Shown: positions 18,753 through 27,229 of the stretch, one piece after another
How the letters are laid out: each line of letters starts with the position of its first letter
How positions within the stretch are numbered: position 1 is the stretch's first letter
DNA from: Patescibacteria group bacterium
GTDB taxonomy: Bacteria; Patescibacteriota; Patescibacteriia; SG8-24
Assembly (NCBI GenBank): GCA_028714475.1
Contig: JAQTNC010000002.1
Span: forward strand, 14,609-78,608
Direction: 5' to 3'
DNA: 64,000 nt
Notes under the pieces: generated by a model
Told to the model about the DNA's origin: nothing
What the model saw: the letters and a program-made list of their open reading frames with translations, nothing else
Databases searched by the model: none
Position numbers and translations under genes: made by a program

Positions 18753-19226
18753 ATGCCTTGTCGGCAACAGTCCGGTTTCAGCCTTATCGAGCTGCTCGTC
18801 ATTATCGCCATTGTCGCGGCGATAGCGGTTTTTTGCGTGGTTTCCGTGGACGACGCCCGTCGCCAGTCCCGAGACCTCAAGCGCGTCGCGGATGTCCGTC
18901 AGCTGCAGATGTCGCTCGAGCTGTTCAACGACGATCATAACGGTTATCCGACGGAGGTCAGTCCGGTGGTATTAGGGGACGGCAATTTCCGGGCGCTGTG
19001 CGCCGGAGGCTTCAAGGCCGCTTGCTCTCCAGGCGAACTTGTTGGTCAAGGCATCGTGCCGCGCGCGCCACAGCCCGTGGACGGCAACTGCACGCATGAG
19101 GCCAACGAGTATCTGTACCAGACGCCGGGCGGGAAGACGGAATTCAGGATTACCTTTTGTTTAGGCAAGCGTACGGGGGAGTTGGCCCCGGGTCTGCACA
19201 TCGCGACGCCGAGCGGCATTAAATGA
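18753..19226 (+). CDS. Type IV pilin/pseudopilin-like protein
   Basis: GFSLIELL prepilin cleavage motif, RD.KR..D..QL. Confidence 0.88.
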   Translation: MPCRQQSGFSLIELLVIIAIVAAIAVFCVVSVDDARRQSRDLKRVADVRQLQMSLELFNDDHNGYPTEVSPVVLGDGNFRALCAGGFKAACSPGELVGQGIVPRAPQPVDGNCTHEANEYLYQTPGGKTEFRITFCLGKRTGELAPGLHIATPSGIK

Positions 19227-19414
19227 ACACGAAAGACGCCTCCGGCAACGAGTTCACCATGGTTTGTCCCGTCCTCCAAGCGTAGGACGGTTTTTTGGCT
19301 ACGCGCTCGGCGCGCTGGTCCGGTTATGTTTCGTGTTTACGGCAAAGGCTGTATGCTTTAGCTGTGTCATTTGGATCCTTTCAAACCCCACCTTGAGTGG
19401 AGAAAGAGGCTGTC

Positions 19415-20866
19415 ATGGCCAACCAATCAGCTCTCGATCGTCTTCCTCGCATCTGCGGCCGAGAGGCCGAAATCGCGGCTCATCGCGCCAGGACGGCGCA
19501 GAGCCGGTTCTATCCGAACGGTTTTCCCAGCGGCGTCAGGGCCGCTTGCGCGAACGCCTTGCACATGCAACAGCCAATCGTGTTCCCGGAAGGCAGCGAC
19601 TTTCGGCACGCTGACGCGATCAGCAACCTTCAGCTCATGCTGCGGAGCGGTCGGGACAACGTCAGGCACGACGCCGAGGTTTTCTGCAACTGCTACGCGC
19701 GCATGGCGCGGATTATCGCCGGACTCGTTAACGAGGGAGCGAACCCGCGCATCATGCTGGATTATTCCGGCGAGTTGCTCTACGGCTTCGAACTCATGAA
19801 TGCCCACGAGATTCTGGGCTCGCTCCGGACGATTGCGACGGACCCGCGGTATTTCGAGAACGTGGAATGGCTCGGCTGCACCTGGGGCCACGCGGTGGCG
19901 CCCTCGACGCCGGTCCAGGATTTCCGCCTGCATGTCACCGCCTGGCTTCATCACTTCGCCGAACTGTTCGGCATGGAAGCGGTCAGCCGGGTGCGCGGAT
20001 TTTCGCCGGCCGAGATGGCATTTCCCAACCATCCGGATGTCGCCTACGAGTTCGTGCGAACTCTGGTCGACAACGGGTATCGGTGGGTCATGCTTCAGGT
20101 CAACAGCGTGGAACTGCTGAATGGCGACGGGCTTCGTAAGCCGCACCTGCCCCATCGTCTTGTGTGCCAGAATTCTCGGGGCGAAACGGCGAGCATCACC
20201 GTGCTCGTGAAGACGCAGGGCAGCGACACCAAGCTGGTGGGGCAGATGCAGCCGTATTACGAGGCGCGCAACCTCAATCCGGCCGATTGGCAGCTCGCTG
20301 GTCGTCTGGTCCCGCCCTGCGTCTCGCAGATCGGAGACGGCGAAAACGGCGGCGTCATGATGAACGATTTCCCGCCCAAGTACGAAGGCGTCATGCGGGA
20401 AGCGTCGCGTTCGGCGGTGCGTCCCATGAACGGCACGGAGTACCTGGAGGCCTTGGCGGCCATGGGCATCACGGAAGGAGATTTCACCGTGATCCAGCCC
20501 ATGCATCAGGCCAAGCTTTGGAGTATGTTCCAACCAGGCGACGGACCGGAGCGTTTGGCCGCGGTCATCGACGAACTCAAGCGAACCGGCAGTTCTTTCG
20601 ACGGTGCCAGCTGGACCAACAACATTTCCTGGGTGCGGGGGTACGAAGGCGTCCTCGGCCCCATGGAGACGTTGAGCGCGGAGTTCGACCGCGTGATGCG
20701 CGAAAGCGGCGCTTCGACGGCAGAACCGCGTTTTCGCAACGCGCTTTTCCACCTGCTCGTGGCGGAGACCAGCTGTTTCCGTTATTGGGGAAAGGACAGC
20801 GTGTTCACCGCCTACGCGCGCGAGTTCGTGCGGCGCGGCCTGGCGATCCTTCAGTACGACTTCTGA
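19415..20866 (+). CDS. Glycoside hydrolase family 57-like protein
   Basis: ALHMQQP, GFSPAEM, DGENGG, ETSCFRYWG. Confidence 0.85.
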   Translation: MANQSALDRLPRICGREAEIAAHRARTAQSRFYPNGFPSGVRAACANALHMQQPIVFPEGSDFRHADAISNLQLMLRSGRDNVRHDAEVFCNCYARMARIIAGLVNEGANPRIMLDYSGELLYGFELMNAHEILGSLRTIATDPRYFENVEWLGCTWGHAVAPSTPVQDFRLHVTAWLHHFAELFGMEAVSRVRGFSPAEMAFPNHPDVAYEFVRTLVDNGYRWVMLQVNSVELLNGDGLRKPHLPHRLVCQNSRGETASITVLVKTQGSDTKLVGQMQPYYEARNLNPADWQLAGRLVPPCVSQIGDGENGGVMMNDFPPKYEGVMREASRSAVRPMNGTEYLEALAAMGITEGDFTVIQPMHQAKLWSMFQPGDGPERLAAVIDELKRTGSSFDGASWTNNISWVRGYEGVLGPMETLSAEFDRVMRESGASTAEPRFRNALFHLLVAETSCFRYWGKDSVFTAYAREFVRRGLAILQYDF

Positions 20867-20925
20867 GCCCGGCGTTTGCCGACGTCGGGCCAACCAAGCC
20901 CCGGTTTCTCACCGGGGTTTTGTAG

Positions 20926-21104
20926 TTCACCTCCGCCGAATGCCCCGGGCGCGGTGCCCCACGAAGCATTGCGTAGTGGGGTCAGCCCGGGTTCCTGACG
21001 CGTGAATCCCCCGAAGCCCGGAGGGCGTAGGGGGCAGCGGGCTACGGTGAATGAAACAGGATGGGGCGTTAGATACCCCGGGCGTGAGCCCGTGGAGTCT
21101 TCAT
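20926..21104. mobile_element. Putative non-autonomous palindromic element (IS200/IS605-end or REP-like)
   Basis: Both ends match a 46 bp inverted copy at 47090-47135; contains several nested hairpins. Confidence 0.6.
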
Positions 21105-21204
21105 TGAAAAAATTTGCGAATACACAAGAGCGGCTGGCAGGTGCCAAGCCGCTCGTGAGGAGACTGGTGTTATTTTTCATCCGTGAGACGGCCTGGCTGT
21201 CGAA

Positions 21205-21600
21205 TTAGCCGCGTCTTCGCGACACTCTGTCGGGCCACCGCCTTCTCCTTCTGGGGTTTCGTTTGGCGATGACTCGGTAGGCGAAGGTCGTGAAGGAGAC
21301 GACGGCGACCGTTGCCGTGCCGAACACCAACCAAGGGTGTCCGACAATCAGCGTTGCGATCGGCGCACTGACAAGCGCGATGCTGTAGATGGCCATGCCT
21401 ATCAGTGAGAGCTTCGGCTTGGATTTGTTGTCGCGGGATGTGTCGTAGAAACAAGCGTACACGACCCAAAAACCAAGACAGACCACATCGAGACCGAGCG
21501 TCCCCAGGAAGACCCTGGCGGGCGCGGCTAGTGGACCGTAAATGGACAGGACGACAGCGGCGAGCACGACGGACCAGAATGCGGAAAAGGCGATTTTCAT
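21205..21600 (-). CDS. Four-TM hypothetical membrane protein
   Basis: RBS ggagg, ATG at 21600, hydrophobic segments, Arg-rich tail. Confidence 0.65.
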   Translation of the reverse strand: MKIAFSAFWSVVLAAVVLSIYGPLAAPARVFLGTLGLDVVCLGFWVVYACFYDTSRDNKSKPKLSLIGMAIYSIALVSAPIATLIVGHPWLVFGTATVAVVSFTTFAYRVIAKRNPRRRRRWPDRVSRRRG

Positions 21601-21682
21601 CGAAAAACCTCCAAAAAGCTTGGGTACATTAAACCACCTTGACTCGGTTTTGTCAAGGCGGCTTGGGTACTGGTGTATCACT

Positions 21683-22813
21683 TCATTTCACTTCGCCTTC
21701 CTTGGCGATGCCGGCCTTCTTCTCCTTGATGCCCTCCTTGAGCGCGTTGTACTTGTCCCAGGTGAGCAGCCAGATGAGCGCGATGGCATCGATGGCGTTT
21801 GCGATGAGGTACGGGCTGATCTCGTCGAGGCGCTTTTTGTAATTGGCATCCTTGACGATTTTGAGCTTCTTGTACTCGCTCTCCGTAACCGAATAGGGAA
21901 TGAAGTCCGTGGAGATGAGGTATGACGAGAAGCAGACGGCCTTGATGAGATCGTAGATTTTCTTGTTGCCTTGGCCGATGATGGCCTCGGTGAAGCCACC
22001 GCTTTTGGTGTTCTTGAGCGGCCATTTGCGCTGGTTGACGATTTGGAGCGCCTTGTACAGCACCGAACCCTTGAAAGCCTCGCGCTTGGCCGGATCGTCG
22101 AACAGTTCCGGCGCGCCGTCGATGTCGTAGTCGAACACGCCGCGCGGCTTGTCGAATTCGAAGTACTTGATGACCTCGTCGTCCCAGTAACCCTCCATAT
22201 CCGGATGGATGGTCGAGGGGCCGTAGAAATCGCGGTCATCGCAATGCGGCGGCACGTGGGCGTCGGCGACGTAATGGCTCAACATCAGGAAGTACAGCGT
22301 GAGCTGGTCGTCATTGAACATGATGTCCGAGCCCTTCGGCTGATCCATCTGGATGAGCACCATGTCGCGCAGGGTGTGGGTGAGCGCTTCGCAACGGTCG
22401 GGGAGGGTGTAGTCCTCCAGGCGATAGACCTTCTCGTCCAAGCGCGCCTCCTTGATGCCCATGTCCATGACCGGGCTCATAAATTTCGGCAAACGGTTCG
22501 CGAACCCGACCGCTTGCTTCGTTTCCGTGTCGGTCTCCGGCTTTTTCAGCTTGAAAGTGTGGCCGCCGACCAGGTTATCGGCGATGACGGAGTCGGGAAA
22601 CCACGCCCCTTTGAGGAACGAGTCCTTATGCTTGTCGAAAAGCGTGACGAAGCGGTCGGCCTGCGCTTGGTAGTAATCATCGAAAGTGTCGCCGAGATAA
22701 AGTCCCGGCAGGTTCGCGGTCATGAAGCCGGTCTTGCGCGAGCCGGCTTTCGGCAGGCGCTTCAGGCGCTCGAGGGCCATGAGGGCCACCCAAGCATGAG
22801 CGATGGATTTCAT
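21683..22813 (-). CDS. Zn-dependent phospholipase C / S1-P1 nuclease fold protein, no signal peptide
   Basis: N-terminal AH, FPD, HYVADAHVPPH, IHPDME; strong GC3 codon bias. Confidence 0.7.
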   Translation of the reverse strand: MKSIAHAWVALMALERLKRLPKAGSRKTGFMTANLPGLYLGDTFDDYYQAQADRFVTLFDKHKDSFLKGAWFPDSVIADNLVGGHTFKLKKPETDTETKQAVGFANRLPKFMSPVMDMGIKEARLDEKVYRLEDYTLPDRCEALTHTLRDMVLIQMDQPKGSDIMFNDDQLTLYFLMLSHYVADAHVPPHCDDRDFYGPSTIHPDMEGYWDDEVIKYFEFDKPRGVFDYDIDGAPELFDDPAKREAFKGSVLYKALQIVNQRKWPLKNTKSGGFTEAIIGQGNKKIYDLIKAVCFSSYLISTDFIPYSVTESEYKKLKIVKDANYKKRLDEISPYLIANAIDAIALIWLLTWDKYNALKEGIKEKKAGIAKEGEVK

Positions 22814-22915
22814 ATGAACAATCGCGTTAGCGAATTAAATAGCGCGGTTACGGCTGAAGAAATACGATTAGTCGGACGAAAGCACGTGACGGCATAAGCT
22901 GAACAGCCTGAATAC

Positions 22916-22924
22916 ATTATACCA
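22916..22924 (-). promoter_or_regulatory. Extended -10 promoter for the PLC/P1-fold gene
   Basis: TGGTATAAT on minus strand. Confidence 0.6.
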
Positions 22925-22972
22925 TCGGTTGTTCCGGCCTGAAAAACGTTGGTTTCGACTTGCGTCCAACCC

Positions 22973-23001
22973 TTGACAAGTTCGAGAAATTGTGCTATGC
23001 T
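22973..23001 (+). promoter_or_regulatory. Sigma70 promoter of putative ncRNA
   Basis: TTGACA-17 bp-TATGCT with extended TG. Confidence 0.8.
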
Positions 23002-23007
23002 GTTGTC

Positions 23008-23534
23008 AGTCTGAATAAATATCAAGAACAGCCGTCGCCCATCGTCCCCCGCGCCGAGATTTGGCGTGAACCGGGCATCGGGAGCGGCTCAACCAGAAAA
23101 AGAGAGGAGTCAGGGTGTTCACCTCGGGCTTTGTGTAGTGGGCCGGGCTTTGCCGGTTCGCACAACAAGTTTCGAAGTTCGGTACCTGTGGCCGGGCGCG
23201 TAGCCTGACCGCAGAGGGTATCACAACTTGAGCCCCACGGAGTGGGGAAGCGAACCAGGCGGGGTGTGTCAAGGCATACTTCGCTTGGCGAAAGGACCGG
23301 GTAGGTCCAACACGACTGCGAAACAGCATGATTGCTTGAGGTAATCCGGATTTTTCGAACCACCACCGGCGCGCGCATCACGGGTCTTCAGCCTGTGAGT
23401 GTTGCTCCGGGAGGGCGCTAAGTCAGCCGGAACCCTACGTCGCTATGGCAACTTGAGAGAGGGCATCCACGCTTGTGGCTCTGCCCTCTTCACCCTATCT
23501 GGACGATTTTTGCCCGCCGAAAGGCGGTTTTTTT
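23008..23534 (+). ncRNA. Unassigned large structured non-coding RNA (~525 nt)
   Basis: Own promoter and terminator, no credible ORF, about ten G-U-containing hairpins plus nested long-range helices. Confidence 0.75.
23514..23534 (+). terminator. Intrinsic terminator
   Basis: ccgcc-gaaa-ggcgg-ttttttt. Confidence 0.85.
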
Positions 23535-23666
23535 ATCGGCTTGCGCTAGCAGCCGGCTTCTGGTAAACATGGGCGGCCAGCCGAACAAGGCCAGAAACCT
23601 TTGATACTTGTTTGGGGCTGTTTCTGCTATACTCAAGCCAGCCGAAAAGCTAGCCAACCATTTCGT

Positions 23667-24431
23667 ATGGAACCGTTCGTCAACGTTCACGTACCTTACT
23701 ATCAGTACCGTCCGCGCGAGCTCGTGCTCGATGACGTCGGACGCGAGTATTCCTCTATATTGAAGATTCACGACCTGCCGCCGGAGGAGAAGCCGCGCGA
23801 GAAGCTCGTGAAACACGGCCCGTCCGTTTTGTCGGTCGGGGAGTTGCTGGCCGTCGTTCTCGGCGTCGGTTCCCGCAAGGAGGGCGTGCTGGCCATGTCG
23901 CACCGTCTGCTCAAGGACTACGGCGAGAAGGCCATCATGCACGAGAAGGATCCCAAGAAGATCGCCGAGGCGCTGGACATCCCGCTCATCAAGGCCTGCC
24001 AGATCGTCGCCTGTCTTGAGCTCGGCCGACGTTTTTTCCGGAGCACGGCCATCGGTCGTCCGGAGTCGTTGCGCACGGCGCGCCAGGTCTATGAGTATTT
24101 GCGAGACATGCAGAGCTTGCCCAAGGAGCATTTGCGAGGGCTTTATCTCGACAGCCATTTCCGCCTGATTCACGACGAGGTCATCTCCATCGGCAGCGTG
24201 AGCGGCAACCTGGTGCACCCGCGCGAGGTTTTCCGGCCCGCCTTGGCCGTCTCCGCGGTCGCCGTCATTCTCGCGCACAATCATCCGTCCGGCGTGGCCA
24301 AGGCCAGTGCCGCTGACATTGACGTCACCAAGCAGCTGATTGAGGCGGGTCGCGTGCTCGGCATCACCGTCCTTGATCATGTCATCGTCACGCGCCGCGG
24401 CTTCGCTTGCGTGCCGGCGGATTATTCCTGA
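23667..24431 (+). CDS. radC: RadC/JAB-domain protein
   Basis: EKPREKL, VHPREVF, AHNHPSG, LDHVI. Confidence 0.95.
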   Translation: MEPFVNVHVPYYQYRPRELVLDDVGREYSSILKIHDLPPEEKPREKLVKHGPSVLSVGELLAVVLGVGSRKEGVLAMSHRLLKDYGEKAIMHEKDPKKIAEALDIPLIKACQIVACLELGRRFFRSTAIGRPESLRTARQVYEYLRDMQSLPKEHLRGLYLDSHFRLIHDEVISIGSVSGNLVHPREVFRPALAVSAVAVILAHNHPSGVAKASAADIDVTKQLIEAGRVLGITVLDHVIVTRRGFACVPADYS

Positions 24432-24437
24432 CGTGAT

Positions 24438-24677
24438 ATGGACAAACCTTACGTTTTGGCCGCCAAGGACGGCCTCATGATTGACGGTCAGGTGGGCGGC
24501 GTGCTGCTGCGTGACGAGCCGACGACGCTGGCGCGGTACTTGAGGGAAAGCCGTCAGCTTTTTCACGAACGCCTGGACGAGCTCATGACCATGAACAGGA
24601 AAATGTCCGGTGAGGAGGAGCAGGAACTGCGCTCCATGCTGGACATCATGATTGAGGTCAGGCGGCACGTGGATTAG
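24438..24677 (+). CDS. Small hypothetical protein
   Basis: ATG 6 bp after radC stop, coding-like codon usage. Confidence 0.6.
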   Translation: MDKPYVLAAKDGLMIDGQVGGVLLRDEPTTLARYLRESRQLFHERLDELMTMNRKMSGEEEQELRSMLDIMIEVRRHVD

Positions 24678-24754
24678 AAGACCCCGTGCTTGCATTGACG
24701 CCGACGGTCGGGCGCGTTGCGCAAGACGGTTTTTTTTGGCAAAATAAAAAACAT

Positions 24755-25840
24755 ATGGACAGGACACTTCTGGTCATCTCCGTCATCCTTTCGGCCCTGC
24801 TTTTTGGCTACCCAATCATACTTTTTTTCCGGATTAACCGGTTGGCGCGCGAACAGAGCAGGGGCACCCGCATGATCTGGGTGGCCTTGTTCATAATCTC
24901 GATACTGTTCTATCTCGGTTACGTGGCTGTGGCGGTCCAATTGCTGAAGGCGGCCGGCACCGTCAGCGTGAGCGAACTAATCAACGGATCGATTCTGGCT
25001 GCCGGATCCATTTTTGTCGCGATGGTCGGCCAAGTCTGTTACCAATCGGTGGTCGATTTGGAGCGTCTGGTTCGGGAACGCACCGCCCAGCTTGAGCGGA
25101 CTTACGAAGACGCCCTGAAAAAGGAAAAGGAGATTCAGAAGCTGAAGGACCAGTTCCTTTTCGTGGCGGCGCACGAGTTGCGAGCGCCCGTGACGGCCAT
25201 GCGGTGGATCGTCGACATCATCCGCGACTCGGGGTGTGAACGGTTGCTGAAACCGGCGCAGTCCGGCGTCATCAGGACGCTGGACGCCGCAGTGGTTCGT
25301 CTGTTGCAGCTGGTGAACGACCTTCTGGACACGTCCCGGCTGGAATTCGGAACCTTCAGGCTGAAGGAGGAAACCTCCGTTCCCAAGGACTCAATCGAGG
25401 AGACGATAGGCGTGCTGTCGGCCCATGCGGAAAAGAAAGGCATCGTGCTTGAATACCTGAATTCCACCGCCGGCAGCGAGCCGTGCCTCATGGATTCCTG
25501 CCGCTTCCAGGAGGTTATGATGAATCTGCTTTCCAACGCCATCAAATACAACATTCACGGCGGCAAAGTGGTGGTCTCAACCGTGCGAGACGGCGACCAA
25601 CTTTTGGTGAGCGTCGCCGACACCGGGGCCGGACTTTCGCCTGAAGACATCACGAAACTGTTCCAGAAATTTGGCCGCCTTGACAATCATCCGGCTCCGG
25701 AAGAACAGAGCACCGGATTGGGGCTGTTCATCGCCAAGAGCATCGTGGAAAAATGGGGCGGAAAAATATGGGCCGAAAGCCCCGGGCGCGCCAAAGGTTC
25801 GACCTTCCGCTTTACGCTGCCAATCAGGAAACAGGTTTGA
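24755..25840 (+). CDS. Membrane sensor histidine kinase
   Basis: 3 TM, AHELRAP, NAIKY, DTGAG, TGLGL. Confidence 0.93.
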   Translation: MDRTLLVISVILSALLFGYPIILFFRINRLAREQSRGTRMIWVALFIISILFYLGYVAVAVQLLKAAGTVSVSELINGSILAAGSIFVAMVGQVCYQSVVDLERLVRERTAQLERTYEDALKKEKEIQKLKDQFLFVAAHELRAPVTAMRWIVDIIRDSGCERLLKPAQSGVIRTLDAAVVRLLQLVNDLLDTSRLEFGTFRLKEETSVPKDSIEETIGVLSAHAEKKGIVLEYLNSTAGSEPCLMDSCRFQEVMMNLLSNAIKYNIHGGKVVVSTVRDGDQLLVSVADTGAGLSPEDITKLFQKFGRLDNHPAPEEQSTGLGLFIAKSIVEKWGGKIWAESPGRAKGSTFRFTLPIRKQV

Positions 25841-25954
25841 AGTCGTCTCGCGACGCGAGGAACACGCGGACGGATCGTCAAAAAACCGCGGGCAACAAAG
25901 CCCGCGGTTCTAACATTGCGCAAATATTTCCGGCCAGCTTTGGTTTCCGGCGTT

Positions 25955-26578
25955 CTACAAATCGTGGCTCATTTTTTGTTTCTTCGTCCGTAAATAGTCG
26001 CGGTTGTGTCGCGTTGGCTTGGTGCGTAACGGCCGCAAGCCGGAAACGAGAATGCAGGCCGCTTCTAGCGCCCGTCTTTTTTCCGGGTTGTTGGTCAGAA
26101 GGACGATGGACTTGACGCGAAAACGCTTCAGGAACGCCGCCGCCAGGCGGTAGTCCCGTGAGTCGTCTGGCAGGCCGAGTTGCCGGTTGGCTTCCACCGT
26201 GTCGAGACCGCAATCCTGCAGGTGATAGGCGCGGATCTTGTTGAAGATGCCGATGCCCCGGCCCTCCTGCCGCAGATAGAGCACGAGACCGCGACCGAGC
26301 CGTCGGATGCGGCTCATGGCCAACTTCAGCTGGCCGTCGCAATCGCATTTCAGCGAACCAAAGACCTCGCTCGTCAGGCATTCGGAATGAACTCGCACCG
26401 GAAGGTTTACGGCAGCGTTGATGTCGCCCCAGATCAGCGCCAGGTTTGCGGCGCCGCTCTCACGGTTGGCGTTGTCATGAAAAGCGATGATGCGCCAGGT
26501 TCCGAGTTTGGTCGGCAAGCAGGCCGCCTCGGAACAGATGAGGCGGGACCGTTGTTGCTTTTTTATGCAAAGTTTCAT
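25955..26578 (-). CDS. ribA: GTP cyclohydrolase II
   Basis: VRVHSECLT, SLKCDC, QEGRGIG, LLTNNP. Confidence 0.96.
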   Translation of the reverse strand: MKLCIKKQQRSRLICSEAACLPTKLGTWRIIAFHDNANRESGAANLALIWGDINAAVNLPVRVHSECLTSEVFGSLKCDCDGQLKLAMSRIRRLGRGLVLYLRQEGRGIGIFNKIRAYHLQDCGLDTVEANRQLGLPDDSRDYRLAAAFLKRFRVKSIVLLTNNPEKRRALEAACILVSGLRPLRTKPTRHNRDYLRTKKQKMSHDL

Positions 26579-27087
26579 TTCAGTTCCCGAATCAAATAGG
26601 TCATCGTTTGGTCGGCCGCGTTTTTCAACGTGACAGATTCGCCAACCCGTCGGCCAATCAAAATCGAGCCGAGAGGGGAGAGGTGCGAAATTCGCCCTGC
26701 GCCCGGATCGGTTTCCTGCGTACCGGTGATGAGATAGGAGCGGCGACGGCCATTGATCTCCAGGATGACGGTCGTCCCGATTCGAATTCGCCCGTCTGCC
26801 GTTGCGCCGGGCCTGATGATGACGGCGTGACGGAGCCTTTCGCGGAGCTCATTAACCCTTGCGTCCAGGCCCAGCACCCGGCGCTTGGCGTCCGAGTAAG
26901 CGGCGTTTTCCGACAGGTCGCCCATTTCGCGGGCGCGCGTCAAATCCTCCAGCAAGCGCGGGCGGACGTTATGAACCAGCCGCTCGATCTCCTTCCGCAT
27001 CTCGTCGGCTTTCTCGGCCGTCAGGTGGCGATCATCCGGAAGGCTCGCCTGACGCCGGACTTCAGATTGTCTTTTGGGCAGTTGCAT
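26575..27087 (-). CDS. GreA/GreB family transcription elongation factor
   Basis: GDLSENAAY, ISHLSPLG. Confidence 0.93.
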   Translation of the reverse strand: MQLPKRQSEVRRQASLPDDRHLTAEKADEMRKEIERLVHNVRPRLLEDLTRAREMGDLSENAAYSDAKRRVLGLDARVNELRERLRHAVIIRPGATADGRIRIGTTVILEINGRRRSYLITGTQETDPGAGRISHLSPLGSILIGRRVGESVTLKNAADQTMTYLIRELK

Positions 27088-27229
27088 GTTCGTGTGCGAT
27101 ATTGCTTACAGACTAGACGGCTTGGTTGCCGGTGTCAAAAACGGCGAGCAGTCTTGGTGTTGTGGGCGAAACGGGGCTGAAATCGCGCCTGGCAGATTAT
27201 CGAAAAATAAGGTAAAATAAACACAAGTT

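Noticed and set aside
19427-20893. Long antisense ORFs (also 21971-22897, 23490-24767, 42997-44514, 49120-50121, 61201-62250)
   Set aside because: Shadows of GC3-biased real genes on the opposite strand
22960-23381. ORFs 22960-23208 (+), 23006-23329 (-) and 23022-23381 (-)
   Set aside because: No motifs or coding-like bias; region better explained by RNA structure
23008-23534. Assignment as RNase P, tmRNA, SRP or group II intron
   Set aside because: No GAGGAAAGUCC, no tRNA-like ends, no SRP loop. The 3' gagaggg...ccctcttcaccctat resembles group II domain 6, but I found no convincing domain 5 or GUGYG start
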